Under the pieces are notes generated by a model. That model saw only the letters and a list, made by a program, of their open reading frames with translations, was not told the origin of the DNA and ran no database searches. Both the position numbers and the translations under genes were made by a program. From Mobula hypostoma (lineage: Eukaryota): DNA of 64,000 nucleotides. Numbering within the stretch: position 1 is the first letter of the stretch; every line of letters begins with the position of its first letter. The stretch spans positions 10,106,001 through 10,170,000 of the forward strand of contig NC_086108.1 in the NCBI RefSeq assembly GCF_963921235.1, in the 5' to 3' direction. This document shows, one piece after another, positions 24,811 through 35,073 of the stretch.

Positions 24811-25908
24811 ATAACAACCTTAAGGAACTTGACATCAATTATTGTGACTTGAATTATGAATTGAAATAACAATCTTAGTCTAGCCTCTGCCCTTTGACCT
24901 GTTTGACATGGGTGACCCTACCAAGAGCCAAAGCATAAAGGCCTGACTCCAGCCAGCATAGCTCTCCAGCTCATTGAGGCACACGAGCCTCCAAACCCAA
25001 TGACAAGGTTGAGGTCCTCTTGGAGACAACATAGGCGATTAAAAAAGAAGTGGTGTATGATAGGGAAATTTCATGGTGATTTTCCTGGTCAGCAGACCAA
25101 AATCACACCCAAGAGTATTAAGAAAGCAAAATCTTTGTTGTCTAGATTATTTAAGGCAATACAATTTAAAAAAAAACCCTTTGGATAATGCATTGCATCC
25201 CCAGTCTTGATACTGCTGACGTGCAGCCCTTATCAAACAGGGTAGATGCAAATCTGAATGCAATACTGTTAACTTTTCCAACATCGAGAAGCACTAATTA
25301 GCTTTATTTATACGTTTAACACCTTTCGACTTCACAAAGCCTCATTCCTTTACCAGATGGCAGCTGCTGAAGCTGATATAAAAATACCTTTTTTTACCGA
25401 CAGAAATCAATAGTGCTTTTTTTTCCACGGGGTCAGATGTTAGTTAATTTGCCAGCAGCAGAATGTAATCCTCAGTGAAGACTGCTTCCTGAGACGACAC
25501 TGCACAACACTCCTTATTGTCTTTGTCCTTTTCCAGCTTCCCCACCTTGGCAGTCTCTCTGCTTCATGAGAACATGAGGGAAAGTGAGCAGGGGTAGGCC
25601 ATTCGGCCCTGAAACCTGTCCCACCACTCAGCCTGATTACGCCCATCAGAGAGGAGGTACACGTGCCTGAATTCTCACACTCAACGATTCACAAACAGTT
25701 TTTTCCCCTCCACCATCAGATTCCTGAATGGTCCATGATCCCGTAAACACTACCTCATTACATTGCTTTTAATCCTTTTAACTTTTTAAAAGTTATTTAA
25801 TTGTGATTAAATTAGTAGTTTTTTTAATTGTGAAGTGTTTAAGGGGAACTCCTTCACTAAGATGTTTCTGAGAGTATGGAACGAGCTGCCAATGGAAATG
25901 GTGGATAA

Positions 25909-26212
25909 TAGGCATCTGTTAGTCTCGTGAGACCATGGATTTGCGCCTTGGAAGGTTTCCAGGGCTCAGGCCTGGGTAAGGTTGTATGGAAGACCGACAG
26001 TTGCCCATGCTGCAAGTCTCCTCTCTCCATGACACCAATGTTGTCCAAGGGAAGGGCATTAGGACCCATACAGCTTGGCACCCGTGTTGTCGCAGAGCAA
26101 TGTGTGGTTAAGTGCCTTGCTCAAGGACACAACACGCTGCCTCAGCTGAGGCTCGAACTAGCGACCTTCAGATCACTAGACAAATGCCTTAACCACTTGA
26201 CCACGTGCCAAC
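25909..26212 (-). mobile_element. tRNA-derived SINE with a CORE-like domain
   Basis: Minus-strand A box TGGTCAAGTGG, B box GTTCGAGCC, then GTGTCCTTGAGCAAGGCACTTAACC. TSD-like TGGAAATGG on both sides. Near-identical to 28328-28632. Confidence 0.85.
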
Positions 26213-26679
26213 ATGGAAATGGCAGATATGGGCTTGATTTCAACATTTAAGAGAAGTTTGGATAGGTACGTGGATGGGAAGGGTATGGAGGGTTATGGTC
26301 TGGGTGCAAATCAGTGGGACTTTGCAGAATAATAGTTCAGCACAGAATAGATGAGCTGAATGGTCTGTTTCTGTTCTGGAGTATGACTCCATGCTGCTAC
26401 AAAGCATTAAATTTCATGACCTATGTCGGTGATCTAGGTGGTGGGGTGGAAATACGCCACTACCAAAGGAGGTGTATGGTTACAAATGAGCGATGTCGGT
26501 GATAATAAACCTGATTCTGACCTGAAAGTGATCACAACTGATCTTCTCTCTCCTTTCTCTCCTGTTGCCGTCATTTCCACAACTTTTCCTCTTTAAGTAT
26601 CCCAGTAATCCAGCAGAGAATTCCAGGTGTTTGCCAGATTTTCTGATCCCTTCGGTTGGTGACTGTTTCCCTCAGGTGC

Positions 26680-27262
26680 TCTATAAAAGCAGGGATTTCA
26701 TGCTCAGGCTCCGTCATCCATTGGTAAGTGCACACTTGGAGTATTGTGAGCAGTTTTGGGCCCTTTTTTGAAGAAAAGATGTGCTGGCGTTGGGGAGGGT
26801 CCAGGGGAAGTTTGTAAGAATGATTACAGGAATGAAAGGGTCGATGTACGAGGGGTGTTTTGATGTCTATGGGCTTGTACTCACTGGAGTTTACCTGGAG
26901 GATCTCATTGACACATAGTGAGTATTGAAAGATCTGGATAAAGTGGATGTGGGGAGCATGTTTCCTATAGTGGGGGAGTCTGGAACTAGAGGACACAGCC
27001 TCAGAACAGAAGCATATCCTTTTAGGTCAGCGATGAGGAAGAATCTCTTTAGCCAGAGGGTGGCGAATCTGTGGAGGCCAAGTCATTGGATATATTTAAA
27101 GTGGAGGCTGATAGGTTCTTGATTAATCAGGGTGTCAAAGGTCATGGGGAGAAAGCAGGAGAATGGGGTCAAGAGGGGAAATAAAACAGCCATGATGGAA
27201 TGCTGGAACAGACTCGATGGGCCAAATGGCCTGATTCTGCTCCTGTGTCTAATGGTCTTATG
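26680..27262 (+). mobile_element. Old CR1 3' fragment
   Basis: HLEYCEQFWA...DLDKVDVGSMFPIVGESGTRGHSL. Confidence 0.8.
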
Positions 27263-27737
27263 ATGTGGCATTGGTGCATCTCTGTTGATGGAGATAGTAG
27301 AGGAGGCACGTCCTCTTCTCACGACCACCATGGGGAAGGAGGTGCGGGAGCTTTAGGTACAATGTAACTGGAATAGGTACAACCTGGTAAACATCAGGCT
27401 CGTGAGCCTGAGCGGATAACATATCACAGCTCTGAACGGTTTTTACAACCTATAGACTCCCTTTCAAGGACTCTTTACAACTCATGTATTTTTATTGCTC
27501 AGTCTGTCTTTTGTTATCCAGTTGTGTTTGTCAGTCTTTGTCTGTTCATGTATAGATTTTTGTTATGCTAAGTGTATCGAAAAGCGCACTGTTGTAAGTT
27601 TACAATCCTTAAGGTATTTATAGACACATTCTCCTGTGTTCTTGTCTTATTACAAAAACGTAACTTGTTTTTCTTTCTCTCAGAGGATTTCATCAGATGA
27701 TGGAGTTGTTGTATTGACAGAGCATACTAACTTTATA

Positions 27738-27839
27738 GCAACACACATCAAAGTTGCTGGTGAACGCAGCAGGCCAGGCAGCATCTCTAGGAAGAAGTAC
27801 AGTCGACGTTTCAGGCCGAGACCCTTCGTCAGGACTAAC
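27738..27839 (-). mobile_element. ~100-bp young Penelope-like pLTR insertion
   Basis: About 5 differences from 63429-63530. Flanked by ACTAACTTTATA/ACTAACATTATA. Confidence 0.85.
27801..27836 (-). ncRNA. Intact minimal type-I hammerhead ribozyme motif
   Basis: Minus strand AGTC-CTGACGA-A-GGGT(CTCG)GCCT-GAAA-CG-TC/GACT. Stem I AGTC:GACT is perfect, the core is CUGANGA...GAAA, the cleavage triplet is GUC, and a palindromic ACGT replaces stem III. Confidence 0.8.
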
Positions 27840-27937
27840 ATTATACGCCGGGATCTCAGGCAATTGTGGGAGTCACACCATGCCGGATCTGCGCCAGGCT
27901 GCTTCACGGAGGGTCACGGAGTTGTCTCTCACACAGG

Positions 27938-28220
27938 ACGGCACTGTTGCGCAGTGGTTAGTACAACGCTTTACAGTACCACTGACCTGGGTTCAATTCC
28001 CGCCGTAAGGAGTTTGTACGTCCTCCCTGTGACGGTGTGGATTTCCTCCGGGTGCTCTGATTTCCCCCAACCATCCAAAGACCTACGGGTTGGTGGGTTA
28101 ATTGGTCAGTGTAAATTGTTCTGTGATTCGGCTAGGGTTAAATGGGGGGATTGCTGGGCAGCGTGGCTTGAAGCGCCACAAGGGCCTATTCCACGCTGTA
28201 TCTCAATAAATCAATCAATA
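27938..28220 (+). mobile_element. V-SINE (HE1-like, tRNA-derived)
   Basis: A box TTGCGCAGTGG, B box GGTTCAATTCC, V-domain GGAGTTTGTACGT...TTTCCTCCGGGTGCTC...TCCAAAGAC. Other copies near 32280, 32590, 33850, 45950, 61630 and 61935. Confidence 0.85.
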
Positions 28221-28237
28221 ACATCAGCTTCAGGAGG

Positions 28238-28690
28238 AACATAGAACATAGAATATAGATCATAGACTATAGAACATAGATCACAGATTATAGAACATAG
28301 TTCATAGATCATAGAATATAGATTATAGGCATCCGTTAGTCTCCTGAGACCATGGATTTGCACCTTGGAAGGTTTCCAGGGTGCAGGCCTGGGCAAGGTT
28401 GTATGGAAGACTGGCAGTTGCCCATGCTGCAAGTCTCCCCTCTCCACACCACCGATGTTGTCCAAGGGAAGGGCACTAGGGCTGATACAGCTTGGCACCG
28501 GTATCGTCGCAGAGCAATGTATGGTTAAGTGCCTTGCTCAAGGACACAACATACTGCCTCAGCTGAGGCTTGAACTAGCGACCTTCAGATCACTAGGCCG
28601 ACGCCTTAACCACTTGGCCATGTGTCAACACAATTATAGATTGTAGATCATAGAACATAGAACATAGATCATAGTTCATAGAAGAGTAGA
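28238..28690. repeat. Expanded 7-bp (ATAGAAC/ATAGATC) CR1-tail repeat split by a SINE
   Basis: Heptamer runs at 28238-28327 and 28633-28690, adjoining a minus-strand CR1 3' end. Confidence 0.8.
28328..28632 (-). mobile_element. tRNA-derived CORE-like SINE (copy of 25909-26212)
   Basis: Minus-strand A box TGGCCAAGTGG, B box GTTCAAGCC. ATTATAG on both flanks. Confidence 0.85.
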
Positions 28691-29132
28691 TCACAGGAAC
28701 AGGCCCTTTGGCCCACAATGTTTTGCTGAACCGATTACATTAGAAATCAAATGGCCAACTAAACAATCCCTTCTGCCTGCACAACGTCCATATCCTTCCT
28801 CACCTTAATGTGCCTATCTAACCATCTCTTAACAGTCTCTGATGTATCTACCTCTGTCACCGACCCAGGCAGTACATTCCAGGCACGTCCCACTTTCTGT
28901 GTAAAAAAACATACCGCCACATCTCCTTTGAAATTACCCCCTCTCACCTTCAATGCATACCTTCTGGTATTAGGCATTTTAAACCTTGGAAGAAAGATAC
29001 TCCCTGTCTGCTCTATCTGTGCCTCACATAATCTTATAAATCTCTATCAGATCTCCCCTCAGACTCTGTCGCTCCAGAGACAGCAACCCAGTTTGTCCAA
29101 CTTCTTGTTATAGCTCATACCTTCTAATCCCA
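28690..29132 (-). mobile_element. CR1 3' fragment (resumes at about 30625-30730 after the Rex insertion)
   Basis: Similar to 7860-8185. The continuation ATCCTGGTAAACCTCTTCT follows the Rex1/Babar copy. Confidence 0.75.
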
Positions 29133-30620
29133 GGGCAAGCACTCAAAGTGTGCACGGTACAGCTGGCTGGCGTGTTTATGGACATCTTTAATCTCTTCCT
29201 CTCCTAGTGTGTAGTTCCTCCCCCATTTCAAATCGTCCATCATTATTCTTGTACCTAATAAAGCCAAGGCAACATGGCTTAACGATTGCTGGCCTATCAC
29301 ACTCATCTCAATTATAAGCAAATACGTTGAGAGGCTGGTCAAGGACGACATCTGCAGCTTGCTGACACCCAGACTGGACCCTCTACAATTCACCTACCGA
29401 CACAACTGATCGACAGATGATGTCATAGCCGCAGCACTACACACTATCCTCATTCACCTGGAGAAAAGGGATGCATACGTTAGAATGCTGTTCCTGGACT
29501 ACAGTTCAGCATTCAACACCATAATTCCCCCCAGACTTGACAGGAAGCTCAGAGACCCCGGCCTGCACCCCGCCTTGTGCAGCCGGATCCTGGACTTCCT
29601 GGTGGATCACAGGCAGGTGGTAAGGATGGACTCTGTCATCTCTGCCCCTCTGACTCTCAACGCAGGAGCCCCCAGAGCTGTTTTCTGAGCCACCTCCTCT
29701 ACTCCCTATACACCCGCGACTGTGTTGCTAAGCACAGCTCGAATCTGCTGATCAAACTTGCAGATGACATGACATTGATAGGCCTTATTTCCAACAATGA
29801 TGAGACAGCCTACAGAGGAGAAGTCAATGCCCTGACACACAGTGGTGCCAAAAAAACAACCTCTCCCTCAATGTCCAAGAAATGAAGGAGTTGATCGTTG
29901 ATTACAGGAGGAGTGGAAACAGGCTAACCTGTATTGACATCAATGGGACTGGAGTTGAGAGGGTGAGTAGTTTCAAGTTCCTTCATATACACATCTCCGA
30001 GGATCTCACCTGGATTGTACATACTGGCTGTGTGGTGAGAAAAGCAGGACAGCGCCTCTTTCACCTCAGATGGCTGAAGAAGTTTGGCATGAGTTCCCAA
30101 ATCCTCAGGACTTTCTACAGGGACACCATCGAGAGCATCCTGACTGGCTGGTAAGGGAACTGTACTACCCTTAATCGCAGGGCACAGCAGAGAGTGGAGC
30201 GGACAGCTCAGCGCATCTGTAGTTGTGAACTCCCCTCTATTCAGGACATTTACAGCAGCAGGTGCGTAAAAAGGCCCGGAGGATCATCAGGGACTCCAGC
30301 CACCCCAACCACACACTGTTTCAGTTGTTTCTGTCTGGCAAGCGGTACCACAGCAGTAAGGCCGGGACCTACAGGCTCCGGGACAGCATCTTTCACCAGG
30401 CCTTCAGATTTATCAATACACATTGGTCTGATTGTGTATCTGACTGTACATACATGTATACAAAACAATTATGTATACAATCTTAGTGTTTGGGCAATAT
30501 CTACCCACATTTCCCTTCCTTGTTGCTTGCACATAGCGACAGAGGTGCAATATAAAGATTTTTACTCCCTCATGATGTGAGAGGGATGTAAGAAATAAAA
30601 TTCTAAATCTGAAATCTAAT
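29133..30620 (+). pseudogene. Degenerate Rex1/Babar-clade LINE reverse transcriptase
   Basis: RMLFLDYSSAFNTIIP, LLYSLYTRDC...LIKLADD, KELIVDYRR...VERVSSFKFL, with several frameshifts and stops. AATAAA plus a short repeat tail at the end. Confidence 0.9.
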
Positions 30621-31149
30621 CCAAATCCTGGTAAACCTCTTCTTCACCCTCTCCAAAGCCTCAACATCCTTCCTATAGAGGGGTGACAAGAACTGTCACG
30701 ATACTCCGGATGTGGCCTAACCAGCGTTTTATCTTATTATAGCACATGCCCTCTAAACCAGGCAACATTCTGGTAAACCTCTCCTGTAGATACAGGAAAT
30801 GGAGGGATACAGATCGTCTGCAGGCAGAAGAGATCTTGGTTAATTCAGCTTCGTGTTCAGTGTAGAGTGTGGGCTAGGGGCCCTCCCGTTATAGCATAAA
30901 CTGAAACCATTCAATTCAAACCTCAATCTGTCAGCCACGGACATCTGTCCCCTTTGTTCCTGAGCTGCCCTTTGCCTGGATCTGGGGCAGCAGGTGCAGG
31001 CTGCAGGGTTGGACCCACTCCTGAGAAACAGAGACTGTGGGAGGGGGCTGAGAGGGCAAATGAAAGCAGGAGCTACTGGGATACCCAATAAGTTAGGCAG
31101 TGTCAGTAGAACAAGAACCAAACTCAGACAGCCTCTTCCAGAAGATCAA

Positions 31150-31795
31150 AGTAGATGTATTATCAAGGTACATATATGTCACCATATAAAGCCCTGAGAT
31201 TTATTTTCCTGTGGGCATACTCAATAAACCTATAGAATAGTAACAGCATCAGGGTCAATGAAAGATCAACCAGAGTGCAGAAGACAACAAACTGTGCAAA
31301 TGCAAATATAAATAAATAGCAATAAACAATGAGAACATGAGATAATGAGATAGCGGGTCCTTAAAGTGAGATCATTGGTTGTGGGAACATCTCAATGGAT
31401 GGGCAAGTGAGTGTGGTTATCCCGTTTTGTTCAAAAGCCTGATGGTTGAGGGGTAATAACTGTTCTTGAACCTGGTGGTGCGAGTCCTGATGCTCTTGTA
31501 CCTTTTACCTGATGGCAGCAGGGAGAAATGAGCATAGCCTTTTCCATATCCGGGTAGAGGTGAGGATCTTTGATGCTGCTTTCCTACGGCAACATTTCAT
31601 GTAGATGCACTCAGTTGTTGGGAGGGCTTCACCTGTTATGTACTGGGTCGAATCCACTACTTTTGTAGGATTTTCTGCTCAAAGGCGTTGGTGTTCCCAT
31701 ACCAGGCCATAATGCAGCCATTCAGTGCGCTTTCCATCGCACATCTATAGAAGTTTGTTGAGGTTTTTGATGGCATTCCAATCTCTGCTGACTCC
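31150..31795 (-). mobile_element. Rex1/Babar-type 3' fragment
   Basis: Minus-strand NFYRCAMESALNGCIMAWYGN. 3' UTR shared with 5401-5900. Confidence 0.75.
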
Positions 31796-32589
31796 TGAGC
31801 ATGGACGTTGTTCCCAACTTGCCCATGAGCAGTGATTAGAAGATTCTCACTGAGACTCAATCAGACAAGAATGCTTCCCTCCCTCTCAGCTGAAATGTTT
31901 AATATACACAAGGCACCTCACGCAGCAGACAGGTTTAAATTCCACACTGGGCTCCACGCCATGTGACTGGGAGACAACAGTTCTTTAATGGTCGGCTTTG
32001 AAGCTGTCTGCACGGCAGTGTGAAGCTCCCAGGTTATTTTTAGTAGCTCAGTAAATATCTTACTAACACTTACACCAGGCAATGAATATATTAGTATCAC
32101 ACGACAAAAATAAGTTTGTGTGAGATTCCAGGGTGAGTCATCCTCCAGCAAGCTTCAGCTGTGGCGACAACCTTGCATTTCGAAGCCTGCAGGCTTGGTA
32201 GAGATGAAAAGTCCAGAAACCGGCCTCTTGCTCTGCAATGTCACCACTCCTCTGGCCAAGGAAATTCTGAAACCATTTTTAAGGGTTGGTTTCCCACTGC
32301 TGCCTGTAAGGGGTTTGTATGTTCCAAAGCCTTCCCAGTTGGTAGGTTAATTGGCCATTGAAAATTATTCTATGATTAGGCTTGGATTAAATTCAGCGAT
32401 TGCTGGGTGACGTGGCTCGAAAGGGCGGAGGGGCCTTTTCTGCACTGCTGTATTCCAATAGAAAAATGAATAACCAAACCACTGTTTTTTTTTTAACCTT
32501 CTTTGTGCACTATCTATTTAATTTAACATTTTTTATTTCTAGAAGTCTAATGACCTGTGCTGCCCATCAACAACCAATTTTTAATATTT

Positions 32590-32852
32590 TTATATTGAGA
32601 TACGGCGTGTAATAGGCCCCTCCGGCCCCCTGAGCCACGCCGGCCAGCAATCCCCAATTCAATCCAAGCCTAACCACGTGGCCATTTACAATGCTCAAAT
32701 AGCCCAGCAACCGGCACGTCCTTGGACTCTGGGAGGAAACTGGAGCACCCACACGGTCACAGGGAGAATGTGGAAACTCCTCTCAGACAGTGGTGGGAAT
32801 TGAACCCGGGTCTCCTCACTGTAAAACGTTGTGCTAACCACTACACTACCAG
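32590..32852 (-). mobile_element. V-SINE
   Basis: Reverse complement of the 27938-28220 family. Confidence 0.8.
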
Positions 32853-33971
32853 ACGGCCCACGGGAAGGAGGTACAAACTCCTTACAGATAGAGCTGGAAT
32901 TCAGCTTGGAGAATGACACCTCAAACTGTGATACTGTTGCGCTGACCGCTACGTGACTGTGACATCCTCAGGATGGAGACTGTGATGGCCCAGCCTGGAC
33001 TGACCGCCCGTTCCTGTTTTGCCCTGAGCAGAGGGAACCAGTGGTTAGAGGGTCTGCGCTGAGGACGAGGGCTCCTTCTACCCACTCCTTCAGCGTGGAG
33101 GTGGGAGGCTTCACGTGGCTGGCAAGGCTCGCACGATGGTGGCAGTGGAGTGCAAGTGCACACAACCAGCTACAACACACACACACACACACACACACAT
33201 ACAGAGAGGAACGTGCTCAGGTCATCTTTACCCCTGCACCCAACCACAAGATAGAAAGAAAGCAAAACGTTGGGGTGGGTGTGAGGAAAACTCCACTCCC
33301 CACTGTTTCCTCCCTACTCCACCCAGTTTTTCCTCACCCCTCCTCATCCCCTCCCCCACCATCATGACCTGCCCAGAATCTCCCTTCAGTGCCCCCCTTC
33401 CCTTTCTCCTGCAGTCCACTTTCCACTCCTATCAGATTCCTTCTTCTCCAGCCCTTTACCTCTTCCACCTCTCGCCTTCCAGATTCTCACTTCGTCCCCC
33501 CTTCCCCACCCACCCACCACCCCTCACCTGATCTCATCTGCCCCACTGCCCCCCACCTGCCCCTGGGTCCACTCTTCCTATCCTTTCTCCCATGGTCCCC
33601 ATGGTCCATTCTCCTCTCCTATCAGCTTCCTTCTTCCTCTTCAGCCCTTTACCTCTTCCACCCACCATCTCCCAGGTTCTTACTTCATCTCTCCTCCCCC
33701 ACCCACCCACCAAGCCCCTCTCACCTGAATGTACCCACTATCTCCTCTATCTGTACCTTCTTGTTCTGGCTCCTGCTCTGATGAGGGGTCTTTCTCTCTT
33801 GTCGATGCTGCCTGACCTGCTGGATTCCTCCAGCATGTTGTGTGTGTTGGGGTGCGCCATTCAATTCCTGCATCCTATATAAGCAAGTGTGTATGCTCCT
33901 TGCCTTGTGTGTGAGGGTTTTTTCCTGGAGCTACTCTTTTCCCTCACAGTCTAAAGATGTACTGGTTAGCA

Positions 33972-34051
33972 CAGGGGTTTCCAACCTTTTTTATGCCAAT
34001 GAGCCTTACGTGAACTGAGGGGTACATGGACCTCCAGGCTGGAAACCCCTG
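33972..34051. mobile_element. 80-bp hAT MITE inside a V-SINE
   Basis: TIRs CAGGGGTTTCCA...TGGAAACCCCTG and 8-bp TSD GGTTAGCA/GGTTAGTA. Confidence 0.85.
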
Positions 34052-35073
34052 GGTTAGTAGGTTAATTGGTGGTTGTAAATTGTCCTGTGATTCGTTAGTT
34101 AATTAGTTAGTTACTGCCTGTTACGTCACTGGTGCTTAGGGCAGCAATGAAGGTCCTCCATCTCTGTCTTTCCTTGACTATCTTCTCTACTGGGCCCCAG
34201 GTGTGGGTCAAGGTCCTGCCTCTGTGGTACGGTGCCAAGTTTTCTTTGGTCTCCTGCTTTTCCTTCACCCTTCCAGGGGTCCCATCACATGCCCAACCCT
34301 ACTCCAACACTTCTTCATGATGAGTGTGGCCTCTTGGTGACACTGAAGGAGCAGGGCGTGGTTGGAGATCTTTCTCGGCCAGAAAATATGGAGGATCTTC
34401 CAGAGGCTCATGGTGTGGAATGACGACTGCTTACTTAGGTCACTCTCTGTCGTGTGCCTGCATTCTGACCCGTACTAGAGTGTGGACAGGCTCAGCTCCT
34501 GTGACTAGGGTAGGGTTAAATCGATAGGTTCCTGGCTGGTGCGGCTTAGTGGGCCAGGACTGCCTGCTGTATCACTAAATCATAAAAAAAATAAACCTGT
34601 ACCTGTACCAGTGCTTGTAAAGTTCCTTCATTAAATCGGCCTTGGTGAGGTTGGAAGCTGTGTTGCTCAAAACAACCCAAATCTTGGCAACAAAGAACAA
34701 GAAATGAAGCGTCTGAGGAACATCTCTGAGGATCAAAAGACACAGCCTGGGGCTACAAGGAGAATGTTAAGAGCTCGTTTCTGAGCAGCTGAGTTGATTT
34801 GTGTTGACAGTGTCCCTCAAAAACTGGGATTACTCAACGCCAGCAGATAGAAGAGAAAAGTGGAACAGTGATGTATTCCTTGCCGCTGAGACCCTTTATA
34901 GAACCTGGAGTATTACAGCACAGTACAGGCCCCTCAGCCGGCTATGTAGTGCCAACTTTACAACCTACTCTAAAATCAATCTACCCTTTCCTTCCCGCAT
35001 AACTTACAATTTTCCGTCGTCCATCTTAGTCAGCTCCAGCCTGGGCACCAACCTCCGTAGTATCCAGGATATC

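Noticed and set aside
26140..26212. tRNA genes at SINE heads (also near 27940, 28560 and 62050)
   Set aside because: A/B boxes are followed by SINE body domains, and no complete cloverleaf is evident.
33094..33170. MVAVECKC as a cystine-knot/TGF-beta-like C-terminus
   Set aside because: No upstream cysteine pattern, an in-frame stop shortly upstream, and the frame runs into a CA microsatellite.
34801..35073. N-terminal 91 aa of the 887-aa ORF as a host-RT fusion protein
   Set aside because: Starts at GTG in flanking DNA made of unique sequence and repeat fragments. Chance in-frame read-through into a truncated LINE.
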